64,000 bases of DNA, from assembly GCA_964016885.1 (NCBI GenBank), contig OZ024740.1:23684001-23748000 (forward strand). Direction: 5' to 3'. The position numbers and the translations under genes are program-made. This document shows, one piece after another, positions 42,141 through 55,250 of this stretch (its first letter is position 1; every line of letters begins with the position of its first letter). The stretch is from Eledone cirrhosa. Lineage: Eukaryota. Under the pieces are notes generated by a model. That model had not been told where the DNA came from. It saw only the letters and a program-made list of their open reading frames with translations, and searched no databases.

Positions 42141-45100
42141 TGAGTCAGTCAACAGACCAACTAGCAGTTACAACAACATGGCTGATATATAAAGCTTGTG
42201 TAGCTAGAGAAGGACGCTGAGTCAACCAACACACTAACTGGTAGTTACAACAACATGGCTGACATATATATCTTGTGTAGCTAGAGAAGGAAGCTGAGTC
42301 AGTCAACAGACCAACTAGTAGTTACAAAAACATGGCTGACATATATATTTGTGTAGCTTGAGAAGGAAGCTGAGTCCACCAACAGACAAACTGGTAGTTA
42401 CAACAACATGGCTGACATGTATAGCTTGTGTAGCTAGAGAAGGAATCTGAGTCATTTAACAGACCAACTAGTAGTTACAACAACATGGTTGACATATACA
42501 GCTTGTGTAGCTAGAGAAGGTAGCTGAGTCAGTAAACAGACTAACTGGTAGTTACAACAACATGGCTGACATATATATCTTGAGCAGCTAGAGAAGGAAG
42601 CTGAGTCAACCAACAGACCTACTGGTAGTTACAAAAACATGGCTGACATATATATCTTGTGTAGCTACAGAAGGAAGCTGAGTCAGTCAACAGACCAACT
42701 AGCAGTTACAACAACATGGCTGATATATATTGCTTGTGTAGCTAGAGAAGGAAGCTGAGTCAACCAACAGACCAACTGGTAGTTACAACAACATGGCTGA
42801 CATATATATCTTGTTTAGCTAGAGAAGGCAGCTGAGTCAACCAACAGACCAGCTGCTAGTTACAACAACATGGCTGACATATATATCTTGTATAGCTAGA
42901 GAAGGAAGCTGAGTCAGTCAACAGACCAACTGGTAGTTAAAACAACATGGGTGACATATATAGCTTGTGTAGCTAGAGAAGGACGCTGAGTCAACCAACA
43001 GACTAACTGGTGGTTACAACAACATGGCTGACATATATAGCTTGTGTAGCTAGAGAAGGAAGCTGAGTCAGTCAACAGACCAAATAGCAGTTACAACAAC
43101 ATGGCTGACATATATAGCTTGTGTAGCTAGAGAAGGAAGCTGAGTCAGTCAACAGATCAAATAGCAGTTACAACAACATGGCTGACATATATAGCTTGTG
43201 TAGCTAGAGAAGGACGCTGAGTCAACCAACAGACTAACTGGTAGTTACAACAACATGGCTGACATATATAGCTTGTGTAGCTAGAGAAGGAAGCTGAGTC
43301 ATTCAACAGACCAACTGGTAGTTACAGCAACATGGCTGACATATATAGCTTGTGTAGCTAGAGAAGGAAGCTGAGTCAGTCAACAGACCAAATAGCAGTT
43401 ACAACAACATGGCTGACATATATAGCTTGTGTAGCTAGAGAAGGACGCTGAGTCAACCAAAAGACTAACTGGTAGTTGCAACAACATGGCTGACATATAT
43501 AGCTTCTGTAGCTAGAGAAGGAAGCTGAGTCAAGCAACAGACCAACTGGTTGTTACAACAACGTGGCTGACATATATATCTTGTGTAGCTAGAGAAGGAA
43601 GCTGAATCAACCAACAGACCAACTTGTAGTTACAACAACATGGCTGACATATATATATTGTGTAGCTAGAGAAGGAAGCTGAGTCAACCAACAGACCTAC
43701 TGGTAGTTACAGCAATATGGCTGACATATATAGCTTGTGTAGCTAGAGAAGGAATCTGAGTCATTTAACAGACCAACTAGTAGTTACAACAACATTGTTG
43801 ACATATATAGCTTGTGTAGCTAGAGAAGGTAGCTGAGTCAGTAAACAGGCGCACTAGTAGTTACAACAACATGGCTGACATATATATCTTGAGCAGATAG
43901 AGAAGGAAGCTGTGTCAGTCAACAGACCAACTGGTAGATGCAACAACATGGCTGACATATATAGCTTGTGTAGCTAGAGAAGGAAGCTGAGTCAACCAAC
44001 AGACCAACTGGTACTTACAACAACATGGCTGACATATATAGCTTGTCTAGCTAGAGAAGGAAGGTGACTCAGTCAACAGACCAACTAGTAGTTACAACAA
44101 CATGGCTGACATATATAGCTTGTGTAGCTAGAGAAGGAAGCTGAGTCAGTCAACAGACCAACTAGCAGTTACAACAACATGGCTGATATATATAGCTTGT
44201 GTAGCTAGAGAAGGACGCTGAGTCAACCAACAGACTAACTGGTAGTTACAACAACATGGCTGACATATATATCTTGTGTAGCTAGAGAAGGAAGCTGAGT
44301 CAGTCAACAGACCAACTAGTAGTTACAACAACATGGATGACATATATATTTGTGTAGCTTGAGAAGGAAGCTGAGTCAACCAACAGACCAACTGGTACTT
44401 ACAACAATATGGCTGACATGAATAGCTTGTGTAGCTAGAGAAGGAAGCTGAGTCAGTCAACAGACCAGCTAGTAGTTACAACAACATGGCTGACATATAT
44501 AGCTTGTGTAGCTAGAGAAGGAAGTTGAGTCAACCAACAGAGCTACTGGTAGTTACAACAACATGGCTGACATATATATCTTGTATAGCTAGAGAAGGAA
44601 GCTGAGTCCACCAACAGACAAACTGGTAGTTACAACAACATGGCTGACATATATAGCTTGTGTAGCTAGAGAAGGAAGCTGAGTCAACCAACAGACCAAC
44701 TGGTACTTACAACAAAATGGCTGACATATATAGCTTGTGTAGCTAGAGAAGGAAGCTGAGTCAGTCGACAGACCAACTGGTACTTACAACAACATGGCTG
44801 ACATATATAGCTTGTGTAGCTAGAGAAGGAAGCTGACTCAGTCAAGAGACCAACTAGTAGTTAAAACAACATGGCTGACATATATAGCTTGTGTAGCTAG
44901 AGAAGGAAACTGAGTCAGTCAACAGACCAACTGGTATTTACAACAACTTGGCTGACATATATATTTCTTGTGTAGCTAGAGAAGGAAGCTGAGTCAACCA
45001 ACAGACCAACTGGTAGTTACAACAACATGGCTGACATATATATTTGTGTAGCTAGAGAAGGAAGCTGATTCAACCAACAGACCAACTTGTAGTTACAACA

Positions 45101-45569
45101 ACATGGCTGACATATATATTTTGTGTAGCTAGAGAAGGAAGCTGAGTCAACCAACAGACCAACTGGTATTTACAACAACATGGCTGACATATATAGCTTG
45201 TGTAGCTAGAGAAGGAAGCTGAGTCAGTCAACAGACCAACTGGTAGCTACAACAACATGGCTGACATATATAGCTTGTGTAGCTAGAGAAGGAAGCTGAG
45301 TCAACCAACAGACCAACTGGTACTTACAACAACATGGCTGACATATATAGCTTGTGTAGCTAGAGATGAAAGCTGACTCAGTCAACAGACAAGCTAGTAG
45401 TTACAACAACATGGCTGACATATATAGCTTGTGTAGCTAGAGAAGGAAGCTGTTTGAACCAACAGATCTACTGGTAGTTACAACAACATCGCTGACATAT
45501 GTAGCTTGTGCAGCTAAAGAAGGAAGCTGAGTCATTCAACAGGCCAACTAGTAGTTACAACTACATGGC

Positions 45570-48500
45570 TGACATATATATAGCTTGTGTAGCTAGAGAA
45601 GGAAGCTGAGTCAACCAACAGATCTACTGGCAGTTACAACAACATGGCTGACATATATATCTTGTGTAGCTAGAGAAGGAAGCTGAGTCAACTAACAGAC
45701 CAACTGGTAGTTACAACAACATGGCTGATATCTATATCTTGTGTAGCTAGAGAAGGAAGCTGAGTCAGTCAACAGACCAACTAGCAGTTACAACAACATG
45801 GCTGACATATATAGCTTGTGTAGCTAGAGAAGGAAGCTGAGTCAACCAACAGACCAACTGGTAGTTACAACAACATGGCTGAAATATATAGCTTGTTTAG
45901 CTAGAGAAGGAAGCTGAGTCAACCAACAGACCAAATAGCAGTTACAACAACATGGCTGACATATATAGCTTGTGTAGCTAGAGAAGGACGCTGAGTTAAC
46001 CAACAGACTAACTGGTATTTACAACAACATGGCTGACATATATAGCTTGTGTAGCTAGAGAAGGAAGCTGAGTCAGTCAACAGACCAACTGGTAGCTACA
46101 ACAACATGGCTGACATATATAGATTGTGTAGCTAGAGAAGGAAGCTGAGTCAACCAACAGACCAACTGGTACTTACAACAACATGGCTGACATATATAGC
46201 TTGTGTAGCTAGAGAAGAAAGCTGACTCAGGCAACAGACCAGCTAGTAGTTACAACAACATGGCTGACATATATAGCGTGTGTAGCTAGAGAAGGAAGCT
46301 GTTTGAACCAACAGATCTACTGGTAGTTACAACAACATGGCTGACATATGTAGCTTGTGCAGCTAAAGAAGGAAGCTGAGTCATTCAACAGGCCAACTAG
46401 TAGTTACAACTACATGGCTGACATATATATAGCTTGTGTAGCTAGAGAAGGAAGCTGAGTCAACCAACAGACCAACTGGTAGTTACAACAACATGGCTGA
46501 TATCTATATCTTGTGTAGCTAGAGAAGGAAGCTGAAACAGTCAACAGACCAACTAGCAGTTACAACAACATGGCTGACATATATAGCTTGTGTAGCTAGA
46601 GAAGGAAGCTGAGTCAACCAACAGACCAACTGGTAGTTACAACAACATGGCTGACATATATATCTTGTGTAGCTAGAGAAGGAAGCTGAGTCAGTCAACA
46701 GACCAACTAGTAGTTACAACAACATGACTGACATATATAGCTTGTGTAGCTAGAGAAGGAAGCTGAGTCAGTTAACAGACCAACTAGTAGTTACAACAAC
46801 ATGGCTGACATATATAGCTTGTGTAGCTAGAGAAGGAAGCTGAGTCAACCAACAGACCAAATAGCATTTACAACAACATGGCTGACATATATAGCTTGTG
46901 TAGCTAGAGAAGGACGCTGAGTCAACCAACAGACTAACTGGTAGTTACAACAACATGGCGGCCATATATAGCTTATGTAGCTAGAGAAGGAAGCTGAGTC
47001 AACCAACAGACCAAATAGCAGCTACAACAACATGGCTGACATATATAGCTTGTATAGCTAGAGAAGGAAGGTGAGTCAACCAACAGACCAACTGGTAGTT
47101 ACAACAACTTGGCTGACATATATATTTGTGTAGCTAGAGAAGGAAGCTGAGTCAGTCAACAGACCAACTAGCAGTTACAACAACATGGCTGACATATATA
47201 TAGCTTGTGTAGCTAGAGAAGGAAGCTGAGTCAACCAACAGACCAACTGGTAGTTACAACAACATGGCTGACATATATATCTTGTATAGCTAGAGAGGGA
47301 AAGTGAGTCAACCAACAGACCAACTGGTATTTACAACAACATAGCTGAAATATATATCTTGTGTAGCTAGAGAAGGAAGCTGAGTCAACCAACAGACCAA
47401 CTGGTAGTTATAACAACATGGCTGACATATATATCTTGTATAGCTAGAGAAGGAAGCTGAGTCCACCAACAGACAAACTGGTAGTTACGACAACATGGCT
47501 GACATATATAGCTTGTGTAGCTAGAGAAGGAAGCTGAGTCAACCAACAGACCAACTGGTAGTTACAACAACGTGGCTGACATATATAGCTTGTGTAGCAT
47601 AGGCAAGGCAGCTGACTAAGTCAAGAGACCAACTAGTAGTTAAAACAACATGGCTGACATATATAGCTTGTGTAGCTAGAGAAGGAAGCTGAGTGAACCA
47701 ACAGATCTACTGGTATTTACAACAACATGGCTGACATATATAGATTGTGCAGCTAGAGAAGGAAGCTGAGTCATTCAACAGACCAACTGACATATATATA
47801 GCTTGTGTAGCTAGAGAAGGAAGCTGAGTCAACCAACAGATCTACTGGCAGTTACAACAACATGGCTGACATATATATCTTGTGTAGCTAGAGAAGGAAG
47901 CTGAGTCAACTAACAGACCAACTGGTAGTTACAACAGCATGGCTGATATCTATATCTTGTGTAGCTAGAGAAGGAAGCTGAGTCAGTCAACAGACCAACT
48001 AGCAGTTACAACAACATGGCTGACATATATAGCTTGTGTAGCTAGAGAAGGAAACTGAGTCAGTCAACAGACCAACTGGTAGTTACAACAACTTGGCTGA
48101 CATATATATCTTGAGTAGCTAGAGAAGGAAGCTGAGTCAACCAACAGACCAACTGGTAGTTACAACAACATGGCTGACATATATATTTGTGTAGCTAGAG
48201 AAGGAAGATGAGTCAACCAACAGACCAACTGGTACTTACAACAAAATGGCTGACATATATAGCTTGTGTAGCTAGAGAAGGAAGCTGACTCATTCAAGAG
48301 ACCAACTAGTAGTTATAACAACATGGCTGACATATATAGCTTGTGTAGCTAGAGAAGGAAGCTGAGTGAACCAACAGATCTACTGGTAGTTACAACAACA
48401 TGGCTGACATATATAGCTTGTGCATCTAGAGAAGGAAGCTGAGTCATTCAACAGACCAACTAGTAGTTACAACAACATGGCTGACATATATAGCTTGTGT

Positions 48501-51500
48501 AGCTAGAGAAGGAAGCTGAGTCAGTCAACAGACCAACTGGTAGCTACAACAACATGGCTGACATATATAGCTTGTGTAGCTAGAGAAGGAAGCTGATTCA
48601 ACCAACAGACCAACTGGTACTTACAACAACATGGCTGACATATATAGCTTGTGTAGCTAGAGAAGAAAGCTGACTCAGTCAACAGACCAGCTAGTAGTTA
48701 CAACAACATGGCTGACATATATAGCTTGTGTAGCTAGAGAAGGAAGCTGTTTGAACCAACAGATCTACTGGTAGTTACAACAACATGGCTGACATATGTA
48801 GCTTGTGCAGCTAAAGAAGGAAGCTGAGTCATTCAACAGGCCAACTAGTAGTTACAACTACATGGCTGACATATATATAGCTTGTGTAGCTAGAGAAGGA
48901 AGCTGAGTCAACCAACAGATCTACTGGCAGTTACAACAACATGGCTGACATATATATCTTGTGTAGCTAGAGAAGGAAGCTGAGTCAACTAACAGACCAA
49001 CTGGTAGTTACAACAACATGGCTGATATCTATATCTTGTGTAGCTAGAGAAGGAAGCTGAGTCAGTCAACAGACCAACTAGCAGTTACAACAACATGGCT
49101 GACATATATAGCTTGTGTAGCTAGAGAAGGAAGCTGAGTCAACCAACAGACCAACTGGTAGTTACAACAACATGGCTGACATATATATTTTGTGTAGCTA
49201 GAGAAGGAAGCTGAGTCAGTCAACAGACCAACTAGCAGTTACAACAACATGGCTTACATATATATAGCTTGTGTAGCTAGAGAAGGAAGCAGAGTCAACC
49301 AACAGACCAACTGGTAGTTACAACAACATGGCTGACATATATATCTTGTGTAGCTAGAGAAGGAAGATGAGTCAGTCAACAGACCAACTAGTAGTTACAA
49401 CAACATGACTGACATATATAGCTTGTGTAGCTAGAGAAGGAAGCTGAGTCAGTTAACAGACCAACTAGTAGTTACAACAACATGGCTGACATATATAGCT
49501 TGTGTAGCTAGAGAAGGAAGCTGAGTCAACCAACAGACCAAATAGCATTTACAACAACATGGCTGACATATATAGCTTGTGTAGCTAGAGAAGGACGCTG
49601 AGTCAACCAACAGACTAACTGGTAGTTACAACAACATGGCTGCCATATATAGCTTATGTAGCTAGAGAAGGAAGCTGAGTCAACCAACAGACCAAATAGC
49701 AGCTACAACAACATGGCTGACATATATAGCTTGTATAGCTAGAGAAGGAAGGTGAGTCAACCAACAGACCAACTGGTAGTTACAACAACTTGGCTGACAT
49801 ATATATTTGTGTAGCTAGAGAAGGAAGCTGAGTCAGTCAACAGACCAACTAGCAGTTACAACAACATGGCTGACATATATATAGCTTGTGTAGCTAGAGA
49901 AGGAAGCTGAGTCAACCAACAGACCAACTGGTAGTTACAACAACATGGCTGACATATATATCTTGTATAGCTAGAGAGGGAAAGTGAGTCAACCAACAGA
50001 CCAACTGGTATTTACAACAACATAGCTGAAATATATAACTTGTGTAGCTAGAGAAGGAAGCTGAGTCAACCAACAGACCAACTGGTAGTTATAACAACAT
50101 GGCTGACATATATATCTTGTATAGCTAGAGAAGGAAGCTGAGTCCACCAACAGACAAACTGGTAGTTACAACAACATGGCTGACATATATAGCTTGTGTA
50201 GCATAGGGAAGGAAGCTGACTAAGTCAAGAGACCAACTAGTAGTTAAAACAACATGGCTGACATATATAGCTTGTGTAGCTAGAGAAGGAAGCTGAGTGA
50301 ACCAACAGATCTACTGGTATTTACAACAACATGGCTGACATATATAGATTGTGCAGCTAGAGAAGGAAGCTGAGTCATTCAACAGACCAACTGACATATA
50401 TATAGCTTGTGTAGCTAGAGAAGGAAGCTGAGTCAACCAACAGATCTACTGGCAGTTACAACAACATGGCTGACATATATATCTTGTGTAGCTAGAGAAG
50501 GAAGCTGAGTCAACTAACAGACCAACTGGTAGTTACAACAACATGGCTGATATCTATATCTTGTGTAGCTAGAGAAGGAAGCTGAGTCAGTCAACAGACC
50601 AACTAGCAGTTACAACAACATGGCTGACATATATAGCTTGTGTAGCTAGAGAAGGAAGCTGAGTCAACCAACAGACCAACTGGTAGTTACAACAACATGG
50701 CTGAAATATATAGCTTGTTTAGCTAGAGAAGGAAGCTGAGTCAACCAACAGACCAAATAGCAGTTACAACAACATGGCTGACATATATAGCTTGTGTAGC
50801 TAGAGAAGGACGCTGAGTTAACCAACAGACTAACTGGTATTTACAACAACATGGCTGACATATATAGCTTGTGTAGCTAGAGAAGGAAGCTGAGTCAGTC
50901 AACAGACCAACTGGTAGCTACAACAACATGGCTGACATATATAGATTGTGTAGCTAGAGAAGGAAGCTGAGTCAACCAACAGACCAACTGGTACTTACAA
51001 CAACATGGCTGACATATATAGCTTGTGTAGCTAGAGAAGAAAGCTGACTCAGGCAACAGACCAGCTAGTAGTTACAACAACATGGCTGACATATATAGCG
51101 TGTGTAGCTAGAGAAGGAAGCTGTTTGAACCAACAGATCTACTGGTAGTTACAACAACATGGCTGACATATGTAGCTTGTGCAGCTAAAGAAGGAAGCTG
51201 AGTCATTCAACAGGCCAACTAGTAGTTACAACTACATGGCTGACATATATATAGCTTGTGTAGCTAGAGAAGGAAGCTGAGTCAACCAACAGACCAACTG
51301 GTAGTTACAACAACATGGCTGATATCTATATCTTGTGTAGCTAGAGAAGGAAGCTGAAACAGTCAACAGACCAACTAGCAGTTACAACAACATGGCTGAC
51401 ATATATAGCTTGTGTAGCTAGAGAAGGAAGCTGAGTCAACCAACAGACCAACTGGTAGTTACAACAACATGGCTGACATATATATCTTGTGTAGCTAGAG

Positions 51501-54500
51501 AAGGAAGCTGAGTCAGTCAACAGACCAACTAGTAGTTACAACAACATGACTGACATATATAGCTTGTGTAGCTAGAGAAGGAAGCTGAGTCAGTTAACAG
51601 ACCAACTAGTAGTTACAACAACATGGCTGACATATATAGCTTGTGTAGCTAGAGAAGGAAGCTGAGTCAACCAACAGACCAAATAGCATTTACAACAACA
51701 TGGCTGACATATATAGCTTGTGTAGCTAGAGAAGGACGCTGAGTCAACCAACAGACTAACTGGTAGTTACAACAACATGGCGGCCATATATAGCTTATGT
51801 AGCTAGAGAAGGAAGCTGAGTCAACCAACAGACCAAATAGCAGCTACAACAACATGGCTGACATATATAGCTTGTATAGCTAGAGAAGGAAGGTGAGTCA
51901 ACCAACAGACCAACTGGTAGTTACAACAACTTGGCTGACATATATATTTGTGTAGCTAGAGAAGGAAGCTGAGTCAGTCAACAGACCAACTAGCAGTTAC
52001 AACAACATGGCTGACATATATATAGCTTGTGTAGCTAGAGAAGGAAGCTGAGTCAACCAACAGACCAACTGGTAGTTACAACAACATGGCTGACATATAT
52101 ATCTTGTATAGCTAGAGAGGGAAAGTGAGTCAACCAACAGACCAACTGGTATTTACAACAACATAGCTGAAATATATATCTTGTGTAGCTAGAGAAGGAA
52201 GCTGAGTCAACCAACAGACCAACTGGTAGTTATAACAACATGGCTGACATATATATCTTGTATAGCTAGAGAAGGAAGCTGAGTCCACCAACAGACAAAC
52301 TGGTAGTTACGACAACATGGCTGACATATATAGCTTGTGTAGCTAGAGAAGGAAGCTGAGTCAACCAACAGACCAACTGGTAGTTACAACAACGTGGCTG
52401 ACATATATAGCTTGTGTAGCATAGGCAAGGCAGCTGACTAAGTCAAGAGACCAACTAGTAGTTAAAACAACATGGCTGACATATATAGCTTGTGTAGCTA
52501 GAGAAGGAAGCTGAGTGAACCAACAGATCTACTGGTATTTACAACAACATGGCTGACATATATAGATTGTGCAGCTAGAGAAGGAAGCTGAGTCATTCAA
52601 CAGACCAACTGACATATATATAGCTTGTGTAGCTAGAGAAGGAAGCTGAGTCAACCAACAGATCTACTGGCAGTTACAACAACATGGCTGACATATATAT
52701 CTTGTGTAGCTAGAGAAGGAAGCTGAGTCAACTAACAGACCAACTGGTAGTTACAACAGCATGGCTGATATCTATATCTTGTGTAGCTAGAGAAGGAAGC
52801 TGAGTCAGTCAACAGACCAACTAGCAGTTACAACAACATGGCTGACATATATAGCTTGTGTAGCTAGAGAAGGAAACTGAGTCAGTCAACAGACCAACTG
52901 GTAGTTACAACAACTTGGCTGACATATATATCTTGAGTAGCTAGAGAAGGAAGCTGAGTCAACCAACAGACCAACTGGTAGTTACAACAACATGGCTGAC
53001 ATATATATTTGTGTAGCTAGAGAAGGAAGATGAGTCAACCAACAGACCAACTGGTACTTACAACAAAATGGCTGACATATATAGCTTGTGTAGCTAGAGA
53101 AGGAAGCTGACTCATTCAAGAGACCAACTAGTAGTTATAACAACATGGCTGACATATATAGCTTGTGTAGCTAGAGAAGGAAGCTGAGTGAACCAACAGA
53201 TCTACTGGTAGTTACAACAACATGGCTGACATATATAGCTTGTGCATCTAGAGAAGGAAGCTGAGTCATTCAACAGACCAACTAGTAGTTACAACAACAT
53301 GGCTGACATATATAGCTTGTGTAGCTAGAGAAGGAAGCTGAGTCAGTCAACAGACCAACTGGTAGCTACAACAACATGGCTGACATATATAGCTTGTGTA
53401 GCTAGAGAAGGAAGCTGATTCAACCAACAGACCAACTGGTACTTACAACAACATGGCTGACATATATAGCTTGTGTAGCTAGAGAAGAAAGCTGACTCAG
53501 TCAACAGACCAGCTAGTAGTTACAACAACATGGCTGACATATATAGCTTGTGTAGCTAGAGAAGGAAGCTGTTTGAACCAACAGATCTACTGGTAGTTAC
53601 AACAACATGGCTGACATATGTAGCTTGTGCAGCTAAAGAAGGAAGCTGAGTCATTCAACAGGCCAACTAGTAGTTACAACTACATGGCTGACATATATAT
53701 AGCTTGTGTAGCTAGAGAAGGAAGCTGAGTCAACCAACAGATCTACTGGCAGTTACAACAACATGGCTGACATATATATCTTGTGTAGCTAGAGAAGGAA
53801 GCTGAGTCAACTAACAGACCAACTGGTAGTTACAACAACATGGCTGATATCTATATCTTGTGTAGCTAGAGAAGGAAGCTGAGTCAGTCAACAGACCAAC
53901 TAGCAGTTACAACAACATGGCTGACATATATAGCTTGTGTAGCTAGAGAAGGAAGCTGAGTCAACCAACAGACCAACTGGTAGTTACAACAACATGGCTG
54001 ACATATATATTTTGTGTAGCTAGAGAAGGAAGCTGAGTCAGTCAACAGACCAACTAGCAGTTACAACAACATGGCTTACATATATATAGCTTGTGTAGCT
54101 AGAGAAGGAAGCAGAGTCAACCAACAGACCAACTGGTAGTTACAACAACATGGCTGACATATATATCTTGTGTAGCTAGAGAAGGAAGATGAGTCAGTCA
54201 ACAGACCAACTAGTAGTTACAACAACATGACTGACATATATAGCTTGTGTAGCTAGAGAAGGAAGCTGAGTCAGTTAACAGACCAACTAGTAGTTACAAC
54301 AACATGGCTGACATATATAGCTTGTGTAGCTAGAGAAGGAAGCTGAGTCAACCAACAGACCAAATAGCATTTACAACAACATGGCTGACATATATAGCTT
54401 GTGTAGCTAGAGAAGGACGCTGAGTCAACCAACAGACTAACTGGTAGTTACAACAACATGGCTGCCATATATAGCTTATGTAGCTAGAGAAGGAAGCTGA

Positions 54501-55250
54501 GTCAACCAACAGACCAAATAGCAGCTACAACAACATGGCTGACATATATAGCTTGTATAGCTAGAGAAGGAAGGTGAGTCAACCAACAGACCAACTGGTA
54601 GTTACAACAACTTGGCTGACATATATATTTGTGTAGCTAGAGAAGGAAGCTGAGTCAGTCAACAGACCAACTAGCAGTTACAACAACATGGCTGACATAT
54701 ATATAGCTTGTGTAGCTAGAGAAGGAAGCTGAGTCAACCAACAGACCAACTGGTAGTTACAACAACATGGCTGACATATATATCTTGTATAGCTAGAGAG
54801 GGAAAGTGAGTCAACCAACAGACCAACTGGTATTTACAACAACATAGCTGAAATATATAACTTGTGTAGCTAGAGAAGGAAGCTGAGTCAACCAACAGAC
54901 CAACTGGTAGTTATAACAACATGGCTGACATATATATCTTGTATAGCTAGAGAAGGAAGCTGAGTCCACCAACAGACAAACTGGTAGTTACAACAACATG
55001 GCTGACATATATAGCTTGTGTAGCATAGGGAAGGAAGCTGACTAAGTCAAGAGACCAACTAGTAGTTAAAACAACATGGCTGACATATATAGCTTGTGTA
55101 GCTAGAGAAGGAAGCTGAGTGAACCAACAGATCTACTGGTATTTACAACAACATGGCTGACATATATAGATTGTGCAGCTAGAGAAGGAAGCTGAGTCAT
55201 TCAACAGACCAACTGACATATATATAGCTTGTGTAGCTAGAGAAGGAAGC
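45570..55250. repeat. Tandem duplication of a ~63-monomer block (period 4822 bp), with internal 2604/2218-bp sub-periodicity
   Basis: caacatggcggcc 46951/51773 and the truncated-monomer junction gaccaactgac 47781/52603 and 50385/55207 are all at +4822. Shared markers include gcataggcaaggca and gagagggaaagtg. Confidence 0.92.
47771..47828. repeat. Truncated 58-bp monomer (21-bp internal deletion); further copies near 50375, 52593 and 55197
   Basis: The sequence reads tcattcaacagaccaact|gacatatatatagc. The related full-length 79-bp monomer at 46381 carries agtagttacaactacatggct between these segments. Confidence 0.93.
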
